Notes: generated by a model from the letters alone, not told the origin. 64,000 nucleotides of DNA from Gemmatimonadota bacterium (GCA_029863245.1 JAOTVV010000003.1:82591-146590), one strand, 5' to 3'; numbered from the stretch's first letter, positions 9,539 to 21,994 are shown. Made by a program: numbers and translations.

Positions 9539-10516
9539 ATGGGCAAGCCCACCCTCACGATCCGGGACATCCTGGAGCGCAAAGGCGAGTCCCTGAAGCT
9601 CGAGGTCCTCACGGGAGACGCGGGGCTGGATCGCGAAGTCCGAGTTCCCGAGGTCTCGAGCCCCGGGCTCGTCTTTGCCGGCTTCACCCGCCGGTTCGCC
9701 GCCGAGCGCCTGCACGCATTGGGCGAGACGGAAATCGCCTACCTGGACTCCCTGACGGCCGACGATCTGAAACACGCACTGGAGAGGTTCATGAGCTATG
9801 AGCTCCCGTGTGTGTTCGTCACCAAAGGACAAGAGGTTCCGGCCGGGCTCGTGAGCCTTGGCAAGGAGCGCAATATCGCGGTTCTCCGGTCGCAGCTCGG
9901 GACGGCGGACTTCTACCGCAAGATCTCGCCCTATCTGATCGAGATGTTCGCACCGGCGACACAGATCCATGCGTCGATGGCGGACGTGTACGGGGTGGGA
10001 CTGCTGTTCGTTGGTCGGTCGGGCATCGGCAAGAGCGAGTGCGTGCTCGACCTCGTGGAGCGTGGTCATCGGCTCGTCGCCGACGATGTCGTTCACGTCA
10101 CCCTGCGGGGCGCGGGAGTGCTGATTGGGCGGTCGCACGAGTTGGCGCATCGGTACATGGAGATCCGGGGTATCGGGCTCGTCGATGTCATGGCGCTGTT
10201 CGGCGTCCGGGCGGTTCGGCAGCAGAAGCGTATCGAGGTGGTCGTCGAGCTGCAGGATTGGGAGAGTGCCCAGCAGGACGTGGAACGAACGGGTCTGGAC
10301 GGTCGCACCGCCACGATCCTCGGCGTCGAGCTGCCACTGGTCCGGATTCCGCTCAACCCGGGCAAGAATCTGACAGTGATCTGCGAGGTCGTCGCGATGA
10401 ACCACCTGCTGCGCTACAGCGGGGTGGATGCCGCGCGACAATTCAACGAACGCCTGATCCAGCGACTCGTGGAACAGGCGGAACTCCGGGAGTACCTGGC
10501 GGAGGACTATGAGTGA
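9539..10516 (+). CDS. hprK: HPr kinase/phosphorylase
   Basis: ATG 9539. Walker A GRSGIGKSE and the HprK signature MEIRGIGLVDV are present. Confidence 0.9.
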   Translation: MGKPTLTIRDILERKGESLKLEVLTGDAGLDREVRVPEVSSPGLVFAGFTRRFAAERLHALGETEIAYLDSLTADDLKHALERFMSYELPCVFVTKGQEVPAGLVSLGKERNIAVLRSQLGTADFYRKISPYLIEMFAPATQIHASMADVYGVGLLFVGRSGIGKSECVLDLVERGHRLVADDVVHVTLRGAGVLIGRSHELAHRYMEIRGIGLVDVMALFGVRAVRQQKRIEVVVELQDWESAQQDVERTGLDGRTATILGVELPLVRIPLNPGKNLTVICEVVAMNHLLRYSGVDAARQFNERLIQRLVEQAELREYLAEDYE

Positions 10517-10898
10517 GCCGCTCCGAGCCGTGATCGTGTCGCATGCCGGCATCGCGAGCGCGTTGATCGACGCGGTGAAGGGCATTGCAGGAGACGCCAG
10601 TGGGATCGTCGCGATCACGAATACCGGGGCGTCCCCCGACCGCCTTTGCTCCGACATCGGCGCGGCCGTCGGGTCCGGCCCGGCCGTGGTGTTCGTCGAC
10701 ATGCCCGGTGGGAGCTGCCTCCATGCCGCGCTGGCGGAGCTGCGAGCCCGGTCGGACGTGGCTGTCGTGGCGGGGGTCAATCTCCCGATGCTGTTGGATT
10801 TCGCATTTCATCGCGAGTTGCCGCCGTTCGAGGCGGCCGAGCGCGCGGTGGCCGCGGGCACCCGGGCCATCCGGTCAGTGACGCTGTCCGCGGGATGA
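10509..10898 (+). CDS. PTS mannose/fructose/sorbose family EIIA component
   Basis: 129 aa. N-terminal AVIVSHAGIASAL carries the phospho-histidine position of EIIA-Man. Overlaps the hprK stop. Confidence 0.8.
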   Translation: MSEPLRAVIVSHAGIASALIDAVKGIAGDASGIVAITNTGASPDRLCSDIGAAVGSGPAVVFVDMPGGSCLHAALAELRARSDVAVVAGVNLPMLLDFAFHRELPPFEAAERAVAAGTRAIRSVTLSAG

Positions 10899-11368
10899 GC
10901 ATCGTCCTCACGCGCCTCGATGATCGGCTGATTCACGGTCAAGTGGTGGTCGGCTGGGTCCAACACCTCGGGGTGAAGCGGATCGTGTTGGTTGACGACG
11001 AGGTTCGATCCAATGCCTGGGAGCAGGAGTTGTACACGCTCGGCGTGCCCGGGGACATCACGGTGGAGTTCGCCTCGGTAGACGAGGCGGTCCAAGCCGT
11101 GAGGGACTGGAACGCCGATCCGACGCGAACCCTCCTTCTCGCCGGTCGCGTCGACGCGATCGTTCGGCTCTGCGAGGGCACCGACGTGATTCGCAAGATC
11201 AATGTCGGTGGTCTGCACGAAGGGAGTGGGCGAACCCAACGGCTCGCCTTCGTGTACCTGACCGGTGAGGAAGCGGAGCAGCTGCGTCGGCTCCACGACC
11301 AGGGAGTCGAGGTCAGCGCCCAGGACGTGCCAACCGCCAACCGCGCTCCGCTGAAGGACTGGGCATGA
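10895..11368 (+). CDS. PTS mannose family EIIB component
   Basis: ATG 10895 in an ATGA overlap with EIIA. MSIVLTRLDDRLIHGQVVVGW contains the conserved EIIB-Man active-site His motif. Confidence 0.85.
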   Translation: MSIVLTRLDDRLIHGQVVVGWVQHLGVKRIVLVDDEVRSNAWEQELYTLGVPGDITVEFASVDEAVQAVRDWNADPTRTLLLAGRVDAIVRLCEGTDVIRKINVGGLHEGSGRTQRLAFVYLTGEEAEQLRRLHDQGVEVSAQDVPTANRAPLKDWA

Positions 11369-12036
11369 CCCCCGAGTGGGGATGGCTCGTGGTGTGGGGG
11401 GCCATTGTCAGCCTCGATCTGGTCAGTGTGGGCCAGTTCATGCTGGCCCGGCCACTGGTAGCGGGGACGGTGGCAGGCGTGATCCTGGGGGATCCGCTGG
11501 CCGGCGGCACGGTCGGCGCCATCCTCGAGCTGTTTGCGCTCGACGTGCTCCCGATCGGCGGGGTTCGCTATCCCGATTACGGGGTCGGCGCCGTGGCGGC
11601 CGCGGCGACCGCCGCTGGGGCACCAGGTGCGCTCGGGACGGGGATCGCCGTCTGCACGGGACTCGTCGTGGCCTACGTCGGGGAATGGGTGATGCTCGTC
11701 GTGCGGCAGGCGAACACCGCGGATGTTCGGCGACATCGGGAGGCGCTGGACGCGGGACACCCACCGACGATCGCGGCGGTCCATGTCCGCGGATTGGGGC
11801 GGGACCTGGTGCGCTCGGTTGTCCTGACGGTCGGCGGCCTGGCACTGGCGGCCGCGGTGCATCGCTGGCCCCCGGTCGACGAGGTTCGCGGGGCGGTGCT
11901 CGTGGGCATCGTCGTCATCGGTGCCGGTCTCGGGGCTGCGACTGCCGGCGTGCTCCGTGCCGTGGGGCAGACCGTCACGGTACGGTGGTTCGGCCTCGGG
12001 CTCATCGTCGGCGTGATCTGGACGTTCAGCCAATGA
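11365..12036 (+). CDS. PTS mannose family EIIC component
   Basis: ATGA overlap with EIIB. 223-aa polytopic hydrophobic protein in the EIIC position of a man-type operon. Confidence 0.75.
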   Translation: MTPEWGWLVVWGAIVSLDLVSVGQFMLARPLVAGTVAGVILGDPLAGGTVGAILELFALDVLPIGGVRYPDYGVGAVAAAATAAGAPGALGTGIAVCTGLVVAYVGEWVMLVVRQANTADVRRHREALDAGHPPTIAAVHVRGLGRDLVRSVVLTVGGLALAAAVHRWPPVDEVRGAVLVGIVVIGAGLGAATAGVLRAVGQTVTVRWFGLGLIVGVIWTFSQ

Positions 12037-12770
12037 CGCGGGGCCTGGGGGCGAGTTGGCTGCGGACATTCCTGCTGCAGGCGTCGTTCAACTTCGACCG
12101 CATGGTGGGGATCGGGTGGGCGTGGGCGGCGGAACCGATCTTGCGTGCCTTGCCCGGCGGCCGTGGCGGCGAGGCGTACCACGGTGCCATGCGGCGGGCG
12201 ACGCGCTTCTTCAATGCGCATCCGTACCTGGCCGGGATGGCCGTGGGCGCCGTGGCGCGGGCGGAACACGAGGGACTGCCGCCGGACAAGGTGGAGCGGC
12301 TGCGGCAGGCGTTGATTGGTCCGTTGGGCTCGGTCGGCGACAAGCTCATCTGGGCGGGGGTCCTGCCGGCCTCGGTGGGCCTCGGACTTCTCGTCGCGGC
12401 ACTGGTATCGCCGGTGGCGGGGGCAGTGGTCTTCTTTGTCGGTTACAATGCCGTGCATCTCCCGCTGCGCTGGTGGGCCTTGCGTGAGGGGTGGCGCCGC
12501 GGCGCGGACGTTTCGGGCGCCCTGACCGCGGGGGGTATCAAGCGCGGTATGCGCCTGTTGGGCCCCTTCGGAGCCCTGCTTGTCGGCATCGCCATTCCCG
12601 TGTTGGGGGGATGGCTCGCACGGGACTATGTTTTGGAGACGAAACTCAGCATCGCCTTGGTCGGCGCCCTCGGGGTCGCGTTTGCGCGGTGGATCCTCCC
12701 GGCGTTCAGAGGGCTTAGGTTCGGACTCGTGGCGGCGGCAGTCGCCTTGCTCGTGGGGTGGCTGTCATGA
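12033..12770 (+). CDS. PTS mannose family EIID component
   Basis: ATG 12033 in an ATGA overlap. N-terminal FLLQASFNFDRMVGIGWAWA resembles the EIID NYERMQ-type motif. Membrane protein. Confidence 0.75.
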   Translation: MTRGLGASWLRTFLLQASFNFDRMVGIGWAWAAEPILRALPGGRGGEAYHGAMRRATRFFNAHPYLAGMAVGAVARAEHEGLPPDKVERLRQALIGPLGSVGDKLIWAGVLPASVGLGLLVAALVSPVAGAVVFFVGYNAVHLPLRWWALREGWRRGADVSGALTAGGIKRGMRLLGPFGALLVGIAIPVLGGWLARDYVLETKLSIALVGALGVAFARWILPAFRGLRFGLVAAAVALLVGWLS

Positions 12771-13036
12771 CGATCGAACGCACAACGACAATACGGAATC
12801 GACTCGGACTCCACGCCCGACCGGCGGCGGACTTCGTCAAGGTGGCGGCGAAGTTCCAGTCCGAGATCTCACTGGGGAAAGACGGCGTGTGGGTGAACGG
12901 TAAGAGTATCATGGGCGTCATGACCCTCGCGGCGGAGTTCGGCAGTACCGTGACCGTGCGCGCCGAGGGCGAGGACGCCAAGAATGCGATCGAGGCATTG
13001 GCACACTGCCTGAGTCGGGAGTACGTGGAACAATGA
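12767..13036 (+). CDS. ptsH: phosphocarrier protein HPr
   Basis: ATG 12767 in an ATGA overlap with EIID. Both the His-15 context (RLGLHARPAA) and the Ser-46 context (GKSIMGVMTL) are present. Confidence 0.85.
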   Translation: MTIERTTTIRNRLGLHARPAADFVKVAAKFQSEISLGKDGVWVNGKSIMGVMTLAAEFGSTVTVRAEGEDAKNAIEALAHCLSREYVEQ

Positions 13037-14856
13037 CCGAGTCGCGGCTGCTCAAGGGCGTCGGGGTAGCGCCGGGCATCAAGATTGGCACGGCGCGGGT
13101 GGTGCAGTGGGAACTCCCCACCGTGACGCGGACCTTCGTGACCGCGGACGAGGTCCAGGGCGAGATCGCGCGCCTGCACGAGTCGCTTGCCGCCGTGCGC
13201 GTTTTGCTCGAGGAGCTTCGCGACCGAACGCGTGAGCGGGCGGGCGTCGAGGAATCCAAGATTTTCGACGCTCAGATCCTGATGCTTCAGGACCCCGAGT
13301 TTCTCCGCGAGGTCGAGGTCCTCATTCACGATAACCACCTGTCGGCGGAGCGGGCCTTCGAGTTCGAGACGCTCGAGATGCAGGCGATGTGGGCGCAGTC
13401 GTCGAGCTTCCAGCTCCGCCAGCGGGTTGCCGACATCTCAGGCATTCAGGTGCGCGTCCTGAATCATCTCATGGGCCGGTCGGTGGGTGATGCCATCCCA
13501 ACGATTGAGGAAACCCCGACGATCGTGTTCGCCCGCGAGCTCACGCCGGGGCTCACGGTGCAGCTCGAGCGTGAGGATGTTGCCGGCCTCGCGAGCTCCG
13601 GCGGCGCTCGGACCGCACACGCTGCGATTCTGGCCCGGAGTCTCGGTATCCCATCGGTCATGGGGGTGATCGAAGGGTTCGATCGCGTGCAGGACGGCAT
13701 GGAGGTGATCCTCGACGGGACACACGGGATCGTGCTGCTCACGCCGACGGCCGAGGAGTTGGCCGCGGCTCGTGCCACCGAGCGGTTGCGCATCGAGCTG
13801 GATGAGAAGCTCGAGGAGATCGTCGGGCTCCCTGCCGTCACGACCGATGGTCGCCAGATCGCGCTCCGAGGAAACGTCGACCTGCCCGAAGAGCTGGACG
13901 GTACCGTCCTCCACGGTGGCGAAGGGGTGGGGCTCCTGAGGACCGAGTTCTTGATTCTGGGTCGGACCGAGCTCCCGACCGAAGATGATCAGGCCTTCTA
14001 TTTCGAGCACGTCGCCAGGAGCTTCCCGGGTCACCCGGTCGTGGTCCGCACGTACGATCTCGGCGGCGACAAGTTCCCAGCGGCGTTCCGAACTGCACCC
14101 GAGGCTAACCCGTTTCTCGGGTGGCGGGCCATCAGGGTCTGTCTCGACCAACCGGATCTGTTCCGGGTGCAGATCCGGGCGGCGCTCCGGGCGCGGCTGC
14201 ACGGCGACGTGCGGCTCATGATCCCGATGGTGACGCAACTCGAAGAGATCACGTGTACCCAGGAGCTCGTGGCCGAATCGGCTCGGGAGCTTGAACGGGA
14301 TGGGATCCCGGCCGCCGACTCCATCCCGCTTGGCGTCATGATCGAGACCCCGGCGGCGGCGATCCTCGTGGATCAGTTCGCCAACCACTGCGATTTCATG
14401 AGTATCGGTACCAACGATCTCACCCAGTACACGCTGGCGGTCGATCGCGGCAACGCGAGGCTCGCCGATCGGTTCACGCCACACAACCCGGCCGTGTTGC
14501 AGTTGCTGGAGCGCATTGTGGATGGCGCGGCACGCTCGGGCATCGAAGTGAGCGTCTGCGGCGAGATGGCGTCCGATCCGCTCTCGACGTTCCTCCTGCT
14601 GGGACTCGGCTACCGGGTGCTCAGCGTTTCGCCGCCGTCGCTCCCGCTCGTGCGGTGGGTCATCCGGCAGGTGGACGTTGATGGGGCGGCGGCTGCAGCC
14701 AATGCCGCGTTGCTCGCCCCGACGAAGGACGAGGCCGAGGCGATACTGGAGCGCGGACTCGCGGAGTTCGTCGACGTCGAGCTCCTCAAAGGCGGGCGGT
14801 TGCCCACCATGGTGGGCTCCGCTAGGTTGAGAAGCTTCTCTACCGGACGGCTTTAA
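13033..14856 (+). CDS. ptsI: phosphoenolpyruvate-protein phosphotransferase (PTS enzyme I)
   Basis: 607 aa in an ATGA overlap with ptsH. Phospho-His region [18 protein letters not shown] and the PEP-utilising C-terminal domain ([14 protein letters not shown]) are present. Confidence 0.9.
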   Translation: MTESRLLKGVGVAPGIKIGTARVVQWELPTVTRTFVTADEVQGEIARLHESLAAVRVLLEELRDRTRERAGVEESKIFDAQILMLQDPEFLREVEVLIHDNHLSAERAFEFETLEMQAMWAQSSSFQLRQRVADISGIQVRVLNHLMGRSVGDAIPTIEETPTIVFARELTPGLTVQLEREDVAGLASSGGARTAHAAILARSLGIPSVMGVIEGFDRVQDGMEVILDGTHGIVLLTPTAEELAAARATERLRIELDEKLEEIVGLPAVTTDGRQIALRGNVDLPEELDGTVLHGGEGVGLLRTEFLILGRTELPTEDDQAFYFEHVARSFPGHPVVVRTYDLGGDKFPAAFRTAPEANPFLGWRAIRVCLDQPDLFRVQIRAALRARLHGDVRLMIPMVTQLEEITCTQELVAESARELERDGIPAADSIPLGVMIETPAAAILVDQFANHCDFMSIGTNDLTQYTLAVDRGNARLADRFTPHNPAVLQLLERIVDGAARSGIEVSVCGEMASDPLSTFLLLGLGYRVLSVSPPSLPLVRWVIRQVDVDGAAAAANAALLAPTKDEAEAILERGLAEFVDVELLKGGRLPTMVGSARLRSFSTGRL

Positions 14857-14869
14857 AGGTGCGAACCGC

Positions 14870-17469
<2,600 letters not shown>

Positions 17470-17475
17470 GGCTCG

Positions 17476-17973
17476 ATGATCGAAGTCAAGGTCGCCCATC
17501 TCGGTCTCGATCGTGCCACTAACACTCCAGTGGTCATCCTTCAGGAGAAGGAGGGTGAGCGGGTCCTGCCCATTTGGATTGGGCCCGCAGAGGCGAGCGC
17601 GATCGCCATGGAGTTGGCCGGGGTGAAGTTCGCTAGGCCGCTGACCCACGATCTCGTCAAACAGATCGTGATCGGACTTGGCGCGACGCTTTCGCGGGTA
17701 TTCATTACACAGGTAAAGGAGAACACGTACTTCGCCGAGCTGCATCTCCACCGCGATGACCACGTCATTCACATCGACGCCAGACCGTCGGACAGCATCG
17801 CGGTCGCGCTCCGGCTGAAGGCTCCCATCTTCACGCAGGATGGCCTCTTGGAGCTCACAACCATTGATACCGTCGAGCCCATGGGGCCCGAGTCTGGAGA
17901 GGTGGATGCCGACTCGCTCCGCTCGTATCTCGAGAACCTGGATCCTGAAGATTTCGGCAAGTTCACGCCGTAG
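17476..17973 (+). CDS. bifunctional nuclease domain protein (DNase/RNase, DUF151 family)
   Basis: 165 aa. PVVILQEKEGERVLPIWIGPAEASAIA and ARPLTHDL match the BFN/DUF151 pattern. Confidence 0.75.
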   Translation: MIEVKVAHLGLDRATNTPVVILQEKEGERVLPIWIGPAEASAIAMELAGVKFARPLTHDLVKQIVIGLGATLSRVFITQVKENTYFAELHLHRDDHVIHIDARPSDSIAVALRLKAPIFTQDGLLELTTIDTVEPMGPESGEVDADSLRSYLENLDPEDFGKFTP

Positions 17974-19075
17974 CATACTCATCGCGTCACTCGTGGCCCT
18001 GGGGCTCGTCGGAACTCTCGAGGCCCAGGGCCTTCGTGTGACCGGCAGGGTAGTCCGCATGGTCGGCGGCGACTCGACCGCAGTTGTAGGACGATGGGTG
18101 GTGCTGCATGCCGTCGTGGGGCCGATGGCAGGAGCGGCGATCGATTCGCAGCGCACCGATCGCGCAGGGCGCTACGCGTTTGGCCAGGCATTGGTCGACA
18201 CCTCCGCCCTCTACCTGACCAGCGTCGAGCACCAAGACGTTGCCTACTTCGGCGAACCGTTCGCACCGCCGCCGTCTGGCGTCGAGATGGTTCCTCCCCT
18301 CGTCGTGTACGATACGTCGGCCACCGGTCCCCCGATCGTGGTTGCCGAGCGGCACGTGCTCGTGCGCCGTCCCGAGTCGGATGGTCGCCGGGTGGTCGAG
18401 TTGTTCGTATTGGTCAATCGCGGGGAGCGGACCCGGGTCGCGGCGGATTCATTCTCTCCCGTCTGGCGGGGGGCGGTCACGCCGCTCGCACGGGAATTCG
18501 AGATCGGCATGAGCGACCTTGGCACGGATGCGATCGAGTATCGTGCCGATACCCTCACGGTATTCGCCCCGATTCCCCCGGGCGAGCGGCAGATCCTCGT
18601 GGGATATTTGCTGCCGTCGAACCTGGATTCGATGGCCGTCATCGTGGACCAGCCGGTCGAGCGCCTCAGCGTCCTGCTGGAAGACAGCCTGGCGTCGCTC
18701 GACGCGCCGGCCCTTGCCCTTCGCGGCGTGGAAGAACTGGATGGCTCGACGCTGCGCCGCTACGGTGCCGAGTCCATCGAACGTGGGGCGCAGGTCACGG
18801 TGCGATTCGGGACCGGTCGACGGGCCCGATCGCCGGTCGTGTGGATCGTGATTCCGCTCGCCGCGGTCGTCCTGTTCGGGGTGTTTGCCGTGTGGTGGCG
18901 CCGGACCCGGATGTCAGCGGCACCCGTCGGGGACGATCCCGCGGCGCTCGCGGCCGACATCGCCGCGCTGGACGCGGCACGCACGACAATGGATGAGGAG
19001 ACGTATCGCGCGCGCCGAGCGGAGCTGAAAGCACGGCTGTCGGCTGCCCTGGCGCCGCCTTCGGCACCCCACTAG
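17906..19075 (+). CDS. hypothetical secreted/membrane-anchored protein with N-terminal carboxypeptidase-regulatory-like fold
   Basis: ATG 17906 is the only canonical in-frame start ahead of the signal-like segment SILIASLVALGLVGTLEAQG. A C-terminal TM helix (VVWIVIPLAAVVLFGVFAVWW) is followed by a charged helical tail. The start is uncertain and overlaps the previous gene. Confidence 0.5.
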   Translation: MPTRSARISRTWILKISASSRRSILIASLVALGLVGTLEAQGLRVTGRVVRMVGGDSTAVVGRWVVLHAVVGPMAGAAIDSQRTDRAGRYAFGQALVDTSALYLTSVEHQDVAYFGEPFAPPPSGVEMVPPLVVYDTSATGPPIVVAERHVLVRRPESDGRRVVELFVLVNRGERTRVAADSFSPVWRGAVTPLAREFEIGMSDLGTDAIEYRADTLTVFAPIPPGERQILVGYLLPSNLDSMAVIVDQPVERLSVLLEDSLASLDAPALALRGVEELDGSTLRRYGAESIERGAQVTVRFGTGRRARSPVVWIVIPLAAVVLFGVFAVWWRRTRMSAAPVGDDPAALAADIAALDAARTTMDEETYRARRAELKARLSAALAPPSAPH

Positions 19076-19094
19076 ACTTCGATTAAGCAGGTTT

Positions 19095-19245
19095 TCGACC
19101 ATAGTCGCGACCGCGATGGCGGAAGGCCGGTGAGAATCCGGCGCGGCCCCGCCACTGTAACGGGCACCGTCGGCTGGTTCAGCACGCCACTGGAAAAACC
19201 GGGAAGGCGAACCAGCTGCCCGAAGCCAGGAGACGCCACGCGCTC
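19095..19245 (+). promoter_or_regulatory. cobalamin (B12) riboswitch aptamer
   Basis: GGAAGGCCGGTGAGAATCCGGCGCGGCCCCGCCACTGTAACGGG ... GCCACTGGAAAAACCGGGAAGGC ... AAGCCAGGAGACGCC matches the conserved cobalamin riboswitch core and B12-box. It lies directly upstream of a btuF/C/D/TBDR operon. Confidence 0.85.
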
Positions 19246-19312
19246 GCACCACCACACGGATCCCTCGCGGGGGGGTAGGTGGACACGCCAATCAGCGTCA
19301 TCTTGATCGCGT

Positions 19313-19360
19313 CCGCTCACTCTGCGAAGGTCGGGACAGCGTGAGCGGTCTTGTCGTTCG
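19313..19360 (+). terminator. riboswitch expression-platform hairpin (terminator/sequestrator)
   Basis: CCGCTCAC (19313-19320) pairs with GTGAGCGG (19341-19348). It is followed by TCTTGTCGTT, which contains the TTG start of btuF at 19351. Confidence 0.5.
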
Positions 19361-20220
19361 GACTTAAGGCTCTCCTCCTCGCGGCGGCGCTGGCCCTTGC
19401 CTGTGGCGAGAGGCCGGAGCTGGCCACCGTAGTGGACCACGCGGGCCACCCGGTGCGGCTTGCCTCGCCACCGGAACGGATCGTCTCGCTGTCTCCCTCG
19501 CTCACCGAGTTGCTGTTCGCCCTGGGGTGGGGCGAGCGGCTGGTGGGGCGCACCCGGTGGAGTGCCTATCCGCCCGAAGCCCAGGCGATCCCCAGCGTGG
19601 GTGACGGTCTCGATCCCAACCTCGAGATCGTCACCGCTCGCCGGCCCGACTTGGTGGTGTTCTACCACACGCCCGCCAATGCCGCCGCCATCGCCCGGCT
19701 CGACGACCTCGGTATCGCGTCACTCAGCGTCCGACTCGATCAATTGGACGACGTCGATCCCGCGGTTCGGCTCCTGGGACGGGTGATGGGAGACAGCGTT
19801 CGGGCCGACTCGATCGCGGACGCCTTCCAGCGCGAGCTGGATCGAATGCGTCGGCGATCGTTCGATGTCCGAGTCGGCGCGTTGCTGCTCGCGTGGGATG
19901 CTCCACCCATCGTGATCGGGGGAGGGAGCTTCCTGTCGGAAATCGTCCACCTGGCCGGCGGTCGGAACGTCTTCGCCGATCTCCGGCAGCCGTCGGCGAC
20001 CGTGAGTATCGAAGCGATCGCCGTGCGAGCGCCAGACGTGGTGTTGCTCGTAGAAGAGAGCGATCTCGCCGTGGCAGGCCGGCCCGAATGGGAGACGATC
20101 ACGGCGGTGCGCGAGGGGCGGTTCGTCCGGGTCCACGGGTCGGAGTTCAGCTGGCCGTCCCTGCGTGCCGGTCAGGCAGTGGCGAAGCTCGCAAAGGCGC
20201 TATCCACGGGGTCACCGTGA
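19351..20220 (+). CDS. btuF: ABC transporter periplasmic binding protein, cobalamin/siderophore type (BtuF-like lipoprotein)
   Basis: TTG 19351. Lipobox LALAC. RIVSLSPSLTELLFALG is typical of BtuF/PF01497 proteins. Sits downstream of the B12 riboswitch. Confidence 0.8.
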   Translation: MSFGLKALLLAAALALACGERPELATVVDHAGHPVRLASPPERIVSLSPSLTELLFALGWGERLVGRTRWSAYPPEAQAIPSVGDGLDPNLEIVTARRPDLVVFYHTPANAAAIARLDDLGIASLSVRLDQLDDVDPAVRLLGRVMGDSVRADSIADAFQRELDRMRRRSFDVRVGALLLAWDAPPIVIGGGSFLSEIVHLAGGRNVFADLRQPSATVSIEAIAVRAPDVVLLVEESDLAVAGRPEWETITAVREGRFVRVHGSEFSWPSLRAGQAVAKLAKALSTGSP

Positions 20221-21188
20221 CGCGCTGGCTCGTGCTCATCGCGGTGGTGGCGGCCGTCCTGCTCGGTGCCGTAGCGCTCGGTCCGGCGCCACTCGGGCTC
20301 GTGGACGTCTGGCGTGGCCTGACCGGATCGGCTGAGGGCCCTGCTGCCACGATCGTCCGGGACCTCCGGCTGCCGCGCGTGCTGCTCGCGTTTCTCGTGG
20401 GCGGCTCGCTCTCGGTGACGGGTGCGGCGTTGCAGGCCCTGGTCCGCAATCCGTTGGCCGACCCGTACCTCCTCGGTCTCTCGGGCGGCGCGGGACTCGG
20501 GGCCGTGACGGCCATCGCGCTCCAGCTCACCAGCCCGTGGGCCGTTCCCGTCGCGGCGCTCGTCGGCGCCATCGGTGCCATCCTGCTCGTGTACCGCGTG
20601 GCCGTGGTCACTGGCAGCGTGCTGGACACCCGCGTGCTGCTGCTTGGAGGTGTGGTGGTGGGTGCGTTCGCCGCCTCGGTGATGGGAGCCATCATGGCGT
20701 TGTCGCCGGCACCGGAGGTACGCAACGCCCTCATGTGGCTATTGGGAAGCTTCGGGCGGGCGTCATGGCAGGCGGTAGCGGTCTTCGCCGTCTATGCCGT
20801 GATCCCGCTCGCCGTGCTGTACGGGTTGGCCCGGCCGCTCGATCTCCTGGCGTTGGGCGAGGAACCGGCCCGCTTTTTGGGCACCGACGTCGAGCGCACC
20901 AAGCGCGTGCTGTATCTCACCGCCTCGGCGCTCACTGCCGTCGCGGTATCGCTCTCGGGAATCATCGGGTTCGTCGGGCTCGTGGTACCGCATGCCGTGC
21001 GCCTCACCTGGGCCCGCCTCCATCGGGCGCTGCTCCCGGCCGCATTCGTCGTGGGCGGCGCATTGGTGGTGATCGCCGATGCGCTTGCTCGAACGGTGTT
21101 CGCACCACTCGAGATGCCGGTTGGCATCGTCACGGCGCTGATCGGTGTTCCGGTCTTCGTGCTCTTGGTGCGGCGATGGGCGAGCTGA
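20217..21188 (+). CDS. btuC: FecCD-family ABC permease (BtuC-like)
   Basis: GTG 20217 in a GTGA overlap with btuF. Polytopic, with PYLLGLSGGAGLGAV typical of the FecCD family. Confidence 0.85.
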   Translation: MTRWLVLIAVVAAVLLGAVALGPAPLGLVDVWRGLTGSAEGPAATIVRDLRLPRVLLAFLVGGSLSVTGAALQALVRNPLADPYLLGLSGGAGLGAVTAIALQLTSPWAVPVAALVGAIGAILLVYRVAVVTGSVLDTRVLLLGGVVVGAFAASVMGAIMALSPAPEVRNALMWLLGSFGRASWQAVAVFAVYAVIPLAVLYGLARPLDLLALGEEPARFLGTDVERTKRVLYLTASALTAVAVSLSGIIGFVGLVVPHAVRLTWARLHRALLPAAFVVGGALVVIADALARTVFAPLEMPVGIVTALIGVPVFVLLVRRWAS

Positions 21189-21994
21189 TCGTCCGAGCCG
21201 ATGGGGTGTGGTTCCGGTACGCTGGGGCCGAGGCCGACGCGGTGCGCGACATCACGCTGTCGGTCGCACCCGGCGAGTTGGTCGGAATCGTCGGTCCCAA
21301 CGGGAGTGGCAAGACGACGCTGCTCCGACTGGTCCTCGGCGTGCTCCGACCTACGGCAGGCGCGGTGGAGGTGGCCGGTCAGCCGGTTGGTCGCTGGTCG
21401 CGCCGCGGTCTGGCACGATTGGTTGGCGTGGTGGCGCAGCGGGAAGAGCCAATGTTCCCCCTGCGCGTGGACCAAACCGTGCTGTTCGGTCGCTACCCGC
21501 ATCTCGGTCCGCTCGGCGCGCCTCGTCGGCACGATCTGGAAGCGGTCCAGAACGCGCTGGACCGATGTGACGTGGCCGACCTGGCTGAGCGCTGGGTCGA
21601 TACGCTGTCGGGCGGCGAGTGGCAGCGTGTGCGGATTGCCCGTGCGCTGGCGCAGGAGCCGAAAGCCCTCGTGCTCGACGAGGCTACCGCCAACCTCGAC
21701 ATCCGGCACGAGATGGAGGTGTTCGAGCTCGCGGCGCGGCTGGTTCGGCAGGAGGGGATCGCCGCCATCGTGGTGACGCATCACGTGAATCTCGTTGCAC
21801 GCTACGCCGACCGTATCGTGGTCATGGATCGCGGCGCGGCTCGCGCGAGTGGCCGGCCGGGGGACGTGCTACGGAAGGAAATCCTGGAAGAGGTGTTCGA
21901 GTGGCCGGTCGCCGTGACTCAGTGGGGCGGCGTTCCACAATACGTACCGCTCCGGCGCGACGAGTCCGGGACAGATGGGGCAGTAACGCCGTGA
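21176..21994 (+). CDS. btuD: ABC transporter ATP-binding protein (BtuD-like)
   Basis: ATG 21176. Walker A GPNGSGKTT, signature LSGGEWQR and Walker B LVLDEATANLD. Confidence 0.85.
   Translation: MGELIVRADGVWFRYAGAEADAVRDITLSVAPGELVGIVGPNGSGKTTLLRLVLGVLRPTAGAVEVAGQPVGRWSRRGLARLVGVVAQREEPMFPLRVDQTVLFGRYPHLGPLGAPRRHDLEAVQNALDRCDVADLAERWVDTLSGGEWQRVRIARALAQEPKALVLDEATANLDIRHEMEVFELAARLVRQEGIAAIVVTHHVNLVARYADRIVVMDRGAARASGRPGDVLRKEILEEVFEWPVAVTQWGGVPQYVPLRRDESGTDGAVTP

Noticed and set aside
9356-10780. Very long ORFs antisense to well-supported genes. Examples: 1169-2248(-), 9356-10780(-), 14840-16090(-), 16321-17346(-), 27351-28544(-), 39450-41012(+), 41685-42872(+), 49310-51001(-), 54211-55440(-).
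   Set aside because: They lie opposite genes with unmistakable family motifs (argS, hprK, metK, ahcY, clpB, PFOR, susC, CRTAC1-like). Their products are Arg/Pro/Gly-rich low-complexity strings. Stop-poor antisense frames are expected in very GC-rich DNA.
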